A model generated the notes under the pieces. The model ran no database searches and was not told where the DNA came from. It saw nothing but the letters and a program-made list of their open reading frames with translations. Made by a program: the position numbers and the translations under genes. Positions 28,054-41,115 of a DNA stretch of 64,000 nucleotides are shown in pieces. The stretch comes from Eledone cirrhosa. Lineage: Eukaryota. The stretch lies in NCBI GenBank assembly GCA_964016885.1, contig OZ024742.1, positions 119,164,001 to 119,228,000 on the forward strand, read 5' to 3'. Numbering within the stretch: position 1 is the first letter of the stretch; each line of letters opens with the position of its first letter.

Positions 28054-28819
28054 CAATGATAATGACAAGAAAGAAGTCAAGTTGTTATACAAGTGGACGA
28101 ATGTTTTAAAAATATAAAATTAAAATGTCTATATTTACTTCACGCGAAAGTAAATGGATTCTAATGCAGAAATAATATTTTCATTCAGTACAGACGACTT
28201 CTTAATTTGAACCATTTAGGGAGCCGTTTAAACACTTCTTCGAGAGAATAGGGAAACCATACTTACCGTTTCAAAAACAGGCTTATCCCCTTCTTCCTCG
28301 CCTTTTCCTGGAGTGAAATTTCTCTATTCTTTTACACACATCTCTGTTTCCTTCTTCAGCTAATTCATATCAGGGAGTTCTTTAGGAACCATAATATTTA
28401 CAAAAGATGAAATAATGTTGCAGTTGTATTGTTTATTCTGTTTTCTCCCATGTAAATTAATGTTTTCAACATCATTGCCTTGTCTGTCTGTTTAATTTCC
28501 ACAATGTCTGTATATATTTAAACAAAATTATTTTCGTATTTGGAAATAATCCAGCGGGTGTGTTTGTTTACGTTATAAGGCTACTAATATCACAACTTAG
28601 CTGAGAACCTCTTCATACGACTTATGAAGTGATTATCTTGCAATAAAAGTGTCGATGTAAATATATAGTTATCAAATATATGTAGTCAGTTAAAAATACC
28701 AAAGGACGAACCTTTTTCCCACTCTAGGTGAAAAAAATTATAACAAAAAATTAGCACTTTTCTGTAAAGTAGACATACACATAGTCGCCCATTTACTTGA
28801 TCATTCAATAGTAATAATG

Positions 28820-29004
28820 GTTTAGGCACAAGGCCAACAATTTTGGGGGAGGCAAAAGTCGATTAAATCGACCCCAATGTGTAACTGGTACTTTATTTTA
28901 TCGACCCCATAAGGATGAAAGGCAAAGCTAACATCGGCGGGATTTGAACTCAGAACGTAAAGCGTCTTAACTCTATACTGTAAAGCATCTTGTCCGACGC
29001 TCTA
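28820..29004 (-). mobile_element. Family A SINE (long-tail variant)
   Basis: Core, B-box, extra GTCGATTAAATCGAC hairpin. Confidence 0.85.
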
Positions 29005-30136
29005 TGAAAATACCACTATTTGGCACTGCATACATATTTACTCTCAATATAATAGAAACAATAGCACCAAAAAAACAACACTGTAAATACCCAACCCGCA
29101 CAGAGCTGTGCTCGATAATCAGTTACGACACAGACATGCTCACACATTATAGATAGGACTTTGTGAATAAAGAGCGAATGCTTATTTTTTAATTTGTAGA
29201 AGAGAATTATTTATATATTTTTTATTCATTTATTGTTTTTATTTAATTTTCGTATATTTGTTTTTCTATTTTTATTCATACAATGATTTCAGTATTTCAT
29301 TTATATAGTGAAAACATGGCTCAATTAAAAATGTTTTATGTTTTTGTAAAATTAACCCCTGCCTTCATTATCAGAGTATTGTTTTTATTGATAACATATA
29401 TTTATTGCAAATACACAAATAAGGAAAAGAAAAAATTCTCATTTTAAGTTAGTAGCTATTTTATTGTCAATATTAGTATTTTTTTTTTACTTTGTATAAG
29501 CTACATGAAAATATAATTATTTTATTTATGTTTATTACCCGATGTTATCTACTGTGGCAAAAGTATACTCCCAAAATTACCTAATATATAACGAGTCACA
29601 TTCTAGTATAAAATAAAAGACGAAATTGCACTAATTTTCTTAAATTCAAACTTCTATTCCTACGTAATATTTTACGTCATTTAACTTTATTGAAATAATA
29701 TTTAGCCCACATTTTTTGCCGACGGCTAGTCATGTTTTGTTAGCGAGCAATAAATCTCCCCTAGTAGTTATTTTCATAAAGCGACTCTAACAAACAAATC
29801 TTGAACAGATTTATTTCTTTTCAGGATCAAACTTCGAGATAAATCGTGATTCAAAAACACAAATAGATTATTTTAGAAATAGAATAGTAATGATTTTTTC
29901 CTAAAGCAAAAAAATAATATATATATATATATATAATTTTTTTATATATGTATATATCTATATCTATATGTATATATGTATATATCTATATCTATATATA
30001 TGTATATATCTATATCTATATATGTATATATATATCTATATCTATATCTATATATCTATATCTATATATGTATATATCTATATCTATATATCTATCTATC
30101 TCTATATATATGAATATATATATATATATATATATA

Positions 30137-30357
30137 CGTAGGTCCCGGGTTGAGTCGGGGATAACCACAGTAAGTAAGGTACTCAATACATGGCAGAGTA
30201 AAATTTTTTTTATTTTATAGAAGGAGCTTCTACAGGACTAGTACTGTTTCATTCAGATGAAATCTTCAGGGTGTGTGAGGGTTTTCCCCCCTTAACTGTG
30301 CTTCCTGAAGATTTCATCTGAATGAAACAGTACTAGTCCTGTAGAAGCTCCTTCTAT

Positions 30358-30401
<44 letters not shown>

Positions 30402-30411
30402 AAGGAGCTTC

Positions 30412-30459
<48 letters not shown>

Positions 30460-30670
30460 AAGGAGCTTCTATATATATTATAGAAGGAGCTTCTATATAT
30501 ATATATATATATATATATATTTTATAGAAGGAGCTTCTACAGGACTAGTACTGTTTCATTCAGATGAAATCTTCAGGATGTGTGAGGGTTTTCCCCCCTT
30601 AACTGTGCTTCCTGAAGATTTCATCTGAATGAAACAGTACTAGTCCTGTAGAAGCTCCTTCTATAAAATA
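30137..30670. mobile_element. Duplicated hammerhead-bearing palindromic insert in (TA)n
   Basis: Hairpin 1 arms 30211-30270/30304-30363; hairpin 2 about 30518-30670; long arm (minus) to 30137 matches 35855-35915 (plus). Confidence 0.9.
30300..30348 (+). ncRNA. Type I hammerhead (second copy 30607-30655)
   Basis: Stem I GCTTC/GAAGC; CTGAAGA; stem II T-TTC atct GAA-T; GAAA; stem III CAG/CTG; GTA triplet. Confidence 0.8.
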
Positions 30671-31687
30671 TATATATATATATTATAAAAGAGTGATACT
30701 GTCGACTGAATGAGTCTCAATTTATTAAATGGTATTTGTTTATATCGACCCAGAAGGAATAAAAAGTAAAGCCGATTCTTATGTGTACAACGTATTTAGT
30801 TTCAAACATTTCTCAAAGAAGAAAGAAATAGTGATGGCAACAAAAACAATAATATTGCATATTTTTATTTAACTGTTGATCTTTATTCATACATACAAAA
30901 CATGAAAAGGTAAAAAGATACTTACAAAGATGTCTAGGGTGAGAGAAGTTATGTAAAAACGAAGGGAGGGTTAGAAACATTATACAATAAATGTAAGCAC
31001 AAAATGTATAAATAAAACATGTAATTACATAGAATAATTAAAAGAATATAATAAAACATGCAGTAAGTAAAAACAGATTTAAATAAGAAAAAAAGGACAA
31101 ACAGCATACGTTGATCAAGGCATTTTCATAGCATCTCTCCTCCAATTCCTTCATGAAGTATTAAATGTTGGAAAGTAAAGAACTTGGAGTCAGAATGGAC
31201 GTAGTCTCGAAAAATTTCCCGTGCTACCGAAGGAATTATTTTATTTAGCTTACACACGCAATTTGACATTTGCAAGAAAGAAGTGGGAGATGAGCTCCAA
31301 AAAACTTATGCTAATGCTTTTTATGCTTTTTTTTAGGGATGATATTTTTTGGGGTGTGTGAGGGTTTTCCCCCCTTAACTGTTTGCTATCTCTATTGGTC
31401 TTCTCACTGAATGTTTCAACTTCTCCTTAAGAAACATTTTATTTTTATTTTGGAAGGATAATTTAAGTGTCGATTAAATTCCCGTCGGTTATCACGGTAG
31501 TCTTTCACCATTTCCCAGGTGATACTAATTAAAATTTTATATTCAGGAATTTTCCATTTTTAATAACATTTGCTCTGACAAGCAAATTTTGTGTGTAATG
31601 TACATAGTTCACATTTTGTCACTACAACTGAGCTTTGAGCATTCTTCATACTTCTTACGTTATTGTACAGTATGTAAGCACCTGCAA

Positions 31688-31917
31688 ATATTAGCTGTTT
31701 ATTTATTCAGTATGAATTCACATTATAATTTGTTAGACATTAACTTATTTCTTGCTGAATACATTTCTTTGCGCTGCACTTTCTTCTGTAAAGAAGAAAG
31801 TGCAGCATGTTGAGGCAAAAGTATATTGCAGCGCAAAGAAATGTATTCAGCAAGAAATAGGTTACTGTCTAACAAATTATAATGTGAATTCATACTGAAT
31901 AAATAAACAGCTAATAT
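31688..31917. repeat. Fold-back element: 91-bp inverted arms with nested 15-bp hairpin
   Basis: 31688-31778/31827-31917; inner 31773-31787/31792-31806. Confidence 0.9.
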
Positions 31918-34900
31918 CTATTTGGCACTTCTATCTATTTGGAAAGTTTGATGTCTAGTCTCACCATTTTCTGTGGGAATTATATTTTAAAATCCAGCAG
32001 TTACTTCATGAAACACATCAGATTTAATTATTATTCAGAATGTAAAAAAAACAAAAAACAAACAAACAAAACGTGTTTGAACTATTTCTTTATGTTGCAG
32101 TCACTTTTGTTTTATAAAGAACGGAAGAAATAATTCTGCCTAATAACCTGCTTCTATTTATTAGTATGGGATTAATACAGTAGATTCATATGGGTCACAT
32201 TATCTCTGCAGATTTATCTTATTCAATCGATAATTGGAATTCTGTAAAGATAATTATATATTTTTTCATCTATAAAAATTGTCATTGGAATTTTATTTTC
32301 ATAAATAGTTTAAATAACGGAAAGATTCGTTTTTGTGTCGGTCGCCATTGAAGTAATTTTGCCCGTCGATTAGTCATTTTCTTTTGACAAACCAGAAAGA
32401 TAATCGCAGTTGAGGAAGGAACTCTGTGAGTTGGAATGACTGCTAGTTGTTCTTCACAGCAATGCTTTCTCTATCTTGTTTGAAGAGTGCAGTTGAGATA
32501 TAATCTCCAGCTGAGGGTGTAGGGCTTCGTCCTCATTTGCGTTAACTTTGTTGTTTAATTTTATATTGACAATCCATTTAGCAACAGGTTTCTACAATGC
32601 AACAAATATAGTATGAATGTATAATCTGCAGTCTATTATTACACCATACAAGTATGAAAATTAATTACACGTTTTTCTTTTCTTTTTTGTAGGTATTTTC
32701 ATTAGTGCCATTACAGAATGTCACCAATTATCATATATATATATATATATATTTATACATACACTCACACAACATATACACATATACTGTATATATATAA
32801 ATGTGTGTGTGTATGTATGTATGTATTGGTCTATAACTCTCTCTCTCTCTCATATATCTTATAAAGCTGTTTAGCTTCATAGATCTGGTTTTAAAGTCGT
32901 GAACTGCCGAGTTGATAACATAGCAGAAAGCCGGCAGAGACGTCGGTGATTTATATTCTGCCGCCGGCGCTGCGTGTGTCCAAGGCTAATAGACTTAGTT
33001 CTCCATAGACAAGTTTGTCATTCTCTCTGCAGGAACAGTACTTTGTTTAAAATATCAGCTGATGCCAGAGGTACAAACCAAACTAAATAAAAAAGAAAAG
33101 AAAATATAAAGCCCGAAAGAGTGAAATAACATCTACAATAAAGTAGAGTAAGTGGAATAGTTCAAGCAGTTTACGGGTTCAATATGATCAGATTTCAGTA
33201 AAAAAATCTAGTAACTGCATAACTATTTTTTGTTGATCTTATCTGATACTAGGACACATAACCACTAGTTTCGTATATGAATGTCACTTGACACCCATAA
33301 GTATATTTTATTAGCTGTTATAAACACACGCACAAAAAAAATATACACTTAAAACCTAGATTATGACAAATTATCATTGAAACTTGTAAGTTCCAAATTC
33401 TCGTGATGTGTTTCGAACAAGTGAAATGTAACTAAAGCTAAGACAGCATATGTTTGTGGCAAATTAGCTTTCGGTGCAGGCTTCGTAGCTATCATAGTTT
33501 CAGTTTGACCATGTCTTTTGAGTGAAATTTGGTAGACAAAAATTATATGGAGGCCAGTCGGAAGGACTATTCATTCGGTTTAGCACCAGCACCTGGCCTA
33601 TGGATGCCTTTAGAGAATGTACTCTCTCGTAAGCATTTGGGCCAGGGCTTCGGGGTCATGATAATTTCCTTATTTAATCCTGCCAGTTCCAGAGGAACAG
33701 AAAAAGTTCAAGGACATTGTCCTTTCTCATTTAATTAAACCACGAAAACATGTATTATTTTAATTAATTAAAAAAATATATTCACTATTATACAATACAT
33801 TAATCTGCAAACAGTTGGTCAGCTGTTTACAAATATAACATTGATTTGTAGTTATAGAAGTTAACTTAACATTTATTTTCCTTTCTATATTAGTTGCCAT
33901 TTGAAATATAATTCGTTGCTTTATATGTTTTTAAGCAAATGTTTCTGTATAAGGTGAGGGGTAGGCGTTACTCTCAAATATCATGGTTATACACAACAAA
34001 ATACAATACGTAATCTAACCTCAATAACTACAGCTACCAAAAGATTCGCTAGAAATGTTATGGTGTTAAGAAAAGGGAAGTGTTGTCTTTGGGTAATAAA
34101 TTGCAAGTTATAAAAAAAACAATAAAGTGCTGATAGCAAATCAAAACATGATGCAAGCCTTGAGAATGAATGAATCAACAATGCGGACAATTATATGAAA
34201 CAGTTAACTATAATAGAAACCATAAAGCTACACCAATAACAGAGATAAAACAACAAGGAATAGAAGCATTATCATGCTTGAAATCGATCGCCTTTTCTCT
34301 TTGTGAATGGAAGATTTCAAACAAAAACAAATCCCCATAAGTACCATGACGATTAAAATAAAAACTTTAAGTACCTTCTCTACAATCAACGACAAAAATA
34401 AAACAAAATGAGATTCTAGCAAGAACTGAATGCTAATCCCAAGCCTTTACCACAAGTTCTGGTAGGTTTTATAGGAATTGCTAATGTTCGTATATTAGGT
34501 AAACTTGCAAGCGTAGGCATTCAACAGAAAAATATCCTGATGTTTTGAAAAGCAATTGATAAAAAGAGACAATTATTATGACAAATAAATATTAACTGTT
34601 AATAAAACAGGCCCATTTTGTAAAAGAATAGCTTAAAAAACTTTTTTTTATGTTAAAGGAAAACATCAACAACAAGTACATGGATTAGAAAGAACGTTGA
34701 AGGTAATTTTACTGTGTACATAATACCAAGGCTTTTCAAGAGTATAATGAATGATCACCACCAGTATTTTAGCATTTTATCAACAAAACTTGTTTGATCA
34801 ACCCCCTTTTTGTAGATTGGTTATCAACCTATCTCTACACCGCCCCATAAAAGTATTGTTAGACGAGTTTACTTTCATATATATAAAGATATGTCAACAT

Positions 34901-34984
34901 GAATGGACCTGTTATTTTTATCTAAAGACATTTTTTCCAATTCCATCTCGCCCGTCCCCTCAATCTATTTTATTTCTCATTCTT

Positions 34985-35020
34985 TCTTCTGATGAAGGAC
35001 TAGCGTCCGAAACGTTAAGA
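34985..35020 (+). ncRNA. Minimal type I hammerhead of PLE pseudo-LTR type
   Basis: TCTT-CTGATGA-A-GGAC tagc GTCC-GAAA-CGTT-AAGA; palindromic AACGTT stem III; about 85 nt upstream of (CA)n. Confidence 0.8.
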
Positions 35021-35101
35021 CCATCTTCCTGCTATATCAAGCGTTAACCTAATATATACCTTCCATATACTGTACCGATTGTGTTGTTATTTCTGTTTAC
35101 C

Positions 35102-35195
<94 letters not shown>

Positions 35196-35365
35196 ACATA
35201 TATATATATATATACACAAGTATAGACATACATATGTGGGAGTCCAACCATGTCCAGTTTTGCTTAATGAAGGAATTAATGAGAATCAATTATTCAGAGC
35301 ATAATAAAATAATATGTGGGAACAGTAAACAAGATAAAGAAAAAATTACCTATTCACTTTGAACA

Positions 35366-35412
35366 CCCATTGCAGTTTCGTTGAGCATTGTGAAAACCTC
35401 AACTCATCAGGG
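35366..35412 (-). ncRNA. Type I hammerhead, slightly decayed
   Basis: CC-CTGATGA-GTTGAG..CTCAAC-GAAAC-TGCA-AT-GGG. Confidence 0.7.
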
Positions 35413-35577
35413 AACGTTTCAATCAAGAAAATATTCCTCTACGTTATTCGCCACCAGCGATAATTTCGAATGGGAGAATTATCACGTGATTTACGGTCAA
35501 CAGAAGGGTAACAGTAGATAGCTGAATTTTTGTTTATCTAGTTTACTTTTCTGTTTACTTTTTAAACACACACACAC

Positions 35578-36025
<448 letters not shown>

Positions 36026-38252
36026 CATATCGGAGTAGCATGGCCGAACAAAAATACTTAATAAAGGATCCTCAACATGATTGATCAATCTGTTAGAAAC
36101 AAGAAATAAATCACCTTCAAATCAAACCACATCCTTTTAAAATGTACGCTTAGATACACCAAAAGATGATCAACGCTGGAATGCTTTTGATCATAGATCA
36201 GCTCTATCAGGAGTATCTTGGAGCTAAGAAGCAAGTACATCATCATCAACAACAGCCCTGTAGTATTTAGTTTGAGTTATGTCAATTTCTGCCAATTTAT
36301 ACGTAGCTATTCGTATCTTACAGGGTTATCGAAATAATTACGAGATTAGACCAGACAAAATAATGTTGTGGATATGATTGTCTAAATTTCGTGAAAGCGA
36401 TGCCCCAACATGGCCTAAGTCCAAAAATGGATACCAGAAAAATATTACATCCTGTGGCTAAAATATTGCTTTCGAGTTCATGCTGTGTCTTCGACCAATG
36501 CATGCAGTCAGGACTACGTATCTCATCTTACTACTATGACCTATGACCAGCATTGCAAACTTGTGATAAGCAGGAAAGTCATTTCAAAACAAATAATTCG
36601 CATCGAGTGACTTTCACACTGATTATTTAAGTTCACAATGAAACAAGTGACAATTAAATATTCAGTATTATCGTGAATGTGTAAGACTATCTTGCGCTTG
36701 ACGAATTACAATTGCGTCATGAAAAGATAAAAGAAGATGAAGAAATACTTTTAAAGGATTGCTTTTTTATGTAATGTCACTGCAATGTAGATTGCTTCAT
36801 TGCAGTTATTTGAGAATAAGTATGATAATTTGAAAAGATCTTTTCGAAGTAAGAATGCATGTATGCTTTACTCTGTAGGCAAACTGATGCCATTCCCGAT
36901 GAGAAACGAGGTTTTCTTGTCTCTGTATACCCCCTTGTATATCTCCGGCCCACGTGATTTCATCATTTACTAATTGACTGTCAAAAAACTGTGTTAAAAG
37001 CAGATAACTTCTACATTGTATGAACACAGCTTGCCAACTAACTTACTCATATTTAAGAATCTGAAAAAAATATGCACAGTCAGTAGAATCTATCACTGCA
37101 TACTCACCACCATTAATAACCATCACCCTGAAACTACTTACTTATAAACCGCACAAATACATACACATGTATCCACATCGGTAGTATTTATTAGGTCTAT
37201 TATGATTAGAGCGATTTATTAAATCCTGAAGACAGTAACCAAGATTTGACAGGAGCAAATGGGCTCTAAACATTCACATTGACTATATCCATGTTTGGAA
37301 AAGGATGTCTATCCAGATAAATGTTAGCTATGGAAGTTACCCTGTCTCAATATCCAAGTTGTATATGTCAATCTACCTCTACTGACTATATTTTATACTT
37401 TACGACAATCTCTTCAGGAAATACATAGAGAGCGACATTGATCTAGTCTATAATTAACAATATTTGGCTCTGTTGTGGTAAATGAAAGTCTGTTTAATAT
37501 CTTAGATTCTGAAAAGTTTCAAAATGTTAATTAGAATTTGTTTCCTTTACAAAAGTATCATTTTTGTGCGCTTCGATTTGATAGTGTGATTGTAAAGTAT
37601 ATCAAACTGCCCCCAGCCTATTTTTGAATTGGGGGATTAATTTCATTGATTTTATGAAAACTGATTCATCCAACCACAAGTACCTATTTTGGATTGTGAC
37701 GTGTATAGGAATGACACTTAACGTTACTTGCTTCACATTCCTTACGTCCTACTCATGTTTAAGGTATCGTGTCTATCATGAAGACTGCATACCAAAATGT
37801 CAGAATTATCTAATCTGTACTCCTCTTCGTTTCAATTATGCTTATGAGGAACAATAGATACTGAAAAGGAAAAATAAAACACATTTAGCGGCTTATTGAT
37901 TCAGATATTGGATAGAGAATTTATATTTTGAAAGACCAATATTTAATCCTAGCAATTAGACATACGCGCGTTAACATGATGCACTAAAATGTATGCAAAT
38001 AATTGTATTTCTTGTTCACTAAATTGAAAAGTTATAATATAAAGTAACAAATGCATTAGATCCCACTCAGCATTTGTTTTCTAATTATTCTATTACCCCA
38101 GTGGACCCCCTCCCCCTTTCGTTATACCCTAGCTGTAGATGAACTAACGAATCATTTGTCAAATTTTATGGTTACGCTGTTATTTTAAGTGAGGCGGAAA
38201 CGACTATTAGGGGAAAAATCGTTCAGAGCCAGGATACAAACTCTCACACTCT

Positions 38253-38336
38253 TGTTATTTGTTGCTCTATCTCCTCAATTCAATATCAATATTTTGATAT
38301 TGATATTGAGTTGAAGAGACAGAGCAGCGAATAACA
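38253..38336. repeat. 84-nt hairpin, 40-bp arms, 5 transition differences
   Basis: TGTTATTTGTTGCTCT..CAATAT tttg ATATTG..AGAGCAGCGAATAACA. Confidence 0.85.
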
Positions 38337-39757
38337 GAGTAATAGAAGGTTATAAAATTATGATATCTGAAAATTTAGTTTCGAGTGAAAACATAAAATC
38401 AAGATTTGATAGCTTTGTATTAATTTATTCAGATTAAATATATTAATGTATTGCTTGAAGAATCCTGATATAAACTGATTTAATAATTTCCTAATTTCAT
38501 TAATACATTACCCTACGATTTCTTTTAATATATCTTTACTATACATATTTTATTCATTAATACAGTTGGCTGTTTTAATGGAAAGTTATGAATCTATAAT
38601 TTAAAAAAAATCAATTCACAATTTTGTTCAAATAAGCTTTGATATTATACATTTTACTCTTTCCAACGCCGCGGCTATTATTGTAAAAACAAAAACAAAT
38701 ATAAATATAAATGAAATCTCACAGAAATCTTTATATTGTACACGCTTTATGTAACCCCATAAGTAATGACTTTTTCACAGAAATGAAATTAGATTTGGAA
38801 TAGATTTTCAACAACGTTTATAAAACGACTTATACAATTGAATAGCTCTGAATAAAAAACAAAACACTTTAAAGCCAATGATTTAATAGTATTTTAGCTT
38901 AAAGATCAACTTGGTTACTTTAAATTTGACCGACCTTTTTACTACTGCCATTTTAATCACATTACTATCTGTATCAACAAAATGTTTAGTCATTATAGAG
39001 AGCATCCAGCTATGTTGAGCCCATTAAAAAAGGAGGAATATGAAATAAACTTAAATAAAACAAAATTGCACCCCATTGATTAATAGAATAAATTAAATAT
39101 AAACACTCGGTGAACTCGCGGTCAAGCTTCTAAACCTGGTTGTATTTATTTTCATTTACTTCGTCGCTAATGATTTGAACATCGCAACGTCTATATTTTG
39201 AATACCTGAAAATCTCAGGAGTCATGCTTACCCAGGGTAAACGACTTGAAACCGTTCCAATAGGCTAATTGCAAACCATGCATAGGATAAAATAAGCAGC
39301 AAAGGGAAAAATACATAATTAATATATTAGATTATACTACCCCGTATCAGATAATCACCTTATCAGACTTATTATTGTCTGATTAAAAGTTCTGTCCCAC
39401 GTGATCCATTATTTAATTCTGTTTTTCAGTAGTTATATGGCTTTGTTGGTAAAGGTTATCAACCAAATGATAGCGCTTTATAAAATAGAAAGTTAATTCA
39501 AGAATAAAGTGGATCCTTGGTTTCTAGATGAAAATTGATGTTTATACTAAATTTTTTTCATAGATTGATATCGTTATTATTGAATAATTTATAGCAATGT
39601 ATGACACAGTGAGCGCAGAGAGATTGATCTAGTATCTTATCTTATCTACTTACATCATTTTACATACTGAATTGAAAAATATGTTGGGCTTCATATCAGT
39701 CTTTATTGGTAAAATCATATATTGGTATTGGTTCTCTGACTTGGTACCAACGCTAAG

Positions 39758-39970
39758 GGCAGATTGGTAGAATCGTTAGAATATTGGACAAAATGTTTTG
39801 AAGCATTTAATTAAGGCCCTATACGTTTTGAGTTTAAAACCCGCCGAAGCCAGCTTTGCATTTCATTCATCCGGGTCTATAAAATAAAGTACCAGTAATG
39901 CACTGTAGTCGATGTAAACAGATTTCTTCTCCCCTCAGAGTTTTGGCTTTTTGCCTAAATTAGAAATCAA
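39758..39970 (+). mobile_element. Family A SINE, diverged, near full length
   Basis: Head GGCAGATTGGTAGAATCG, core, tail TTAGAAATCAA. Confidence 0.8.
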
Positions 39971-40506
39971 TATTATGAAATAATTAATGTAACTGACTTA
40001 AATAGATCTAATTTATAGGTTATTCAATTCATGCTTATGGATTTCTTGCTGTTCAGTTTAAGACGACCATTCATTATTTTATAGATAATACTTTTAGAAT
40101 TAAAAAAACATTCCCGTTATTCATTTCTATATTCATAGCCCTGAACATGTTGATCAGATTCTCACACAATCATAAAGTAGCTTTTGTTCACTCTATCTTA
40201 GATTATTTTATTGACGTCATTTGTCGTTGTCCCGCTTCGATATCAAGCATGTTTTCCATTATATGTCGTCCCTAGATCTTCATATAATATTGAGAGACAT
40301 GTAATCTGCTGATTATCTCGTTATGATAAACAAGTACCTTTTGTGATACTGATGAATCATACTAATGTTTCACACAGAAACGTATCATTTTGGTGAAAAT
40401 GTTCACCTTGACATTGTTTTCTATAAAATAAAGATGAGGCCTTAAATAGAGTTTTATTTAAACTCATCATACTTTCAAGTGGATAAAAGCCATCAATCAG
40501 GTTTTA

Positions 40507-41115
40507 ATTATTACAGGAATACCTCAGTTCAAATCCCGTCGAGCTCAACGATGCGTTTCGTCCTTCCGGGATCGATAAAATACAGTACCAGTAACGTACT
40601 GGGGGTCGATTTAATCAACTTTCCCCTCTCCCTAAATTACTGGCCTTGTGCCTATACTAGAAATCATTATTACAGGAATACCTTGGGTTGTGGATTAGCA
40701 GAGTCGTTAGAGCGTTGGGTAAATGTTTAGCAGTATTTGTTTGGGCTCTCTACGTTCTGAGTTCAAATCCTGCCGAGTTCAACTTTGTTTTCCAACCTTA
40801 CAAGCTCGATAAAATAAAGTACCAGTTAACGCTGGGGTCGATATAATTGACTTTCCCTTACTCTCTAAATTACTGGCCTAGTGTCAAAATAGAAATAATT
40901 ATTACAGGAATACCTCCTGGATGGCATCATTGGGAAATTGTTGGACAAAGTACCTTTCAGTATTTAATTACATTGTTTTACGTTCTGAGTTTAAATCCCA
41001 CCGAAGTCTACTCTGACTTTCATCCTTCCGGGGTCGATAAAATAAGTACTGTGGTCAATATAATCGACTTTCTCCTTCCATCAAATTGTTGGTCTTATGC
41101 CAATGTTAGAAAAAA
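40507..41115 (+). mobile_element. Tandem array of three family A SINEs, each preceded by an identical 18-mer
   Basis: ATTATTACAGGAATACCT at 40507, 40666 and 40898. Confidence 0.85.

Noticed and set aside
28262-28400. Minus-strand exon candidate ending in GTAAGT
   Set aside because: Stops in the plausible frames, no recognisable protein
40507-40915. CRISPR-like repeat-spacer appearance
   Set aside because: Only three 18-bp repeats, spacers are homologous SINEs of 140-215 bp, eukaryotic context, no cas genes
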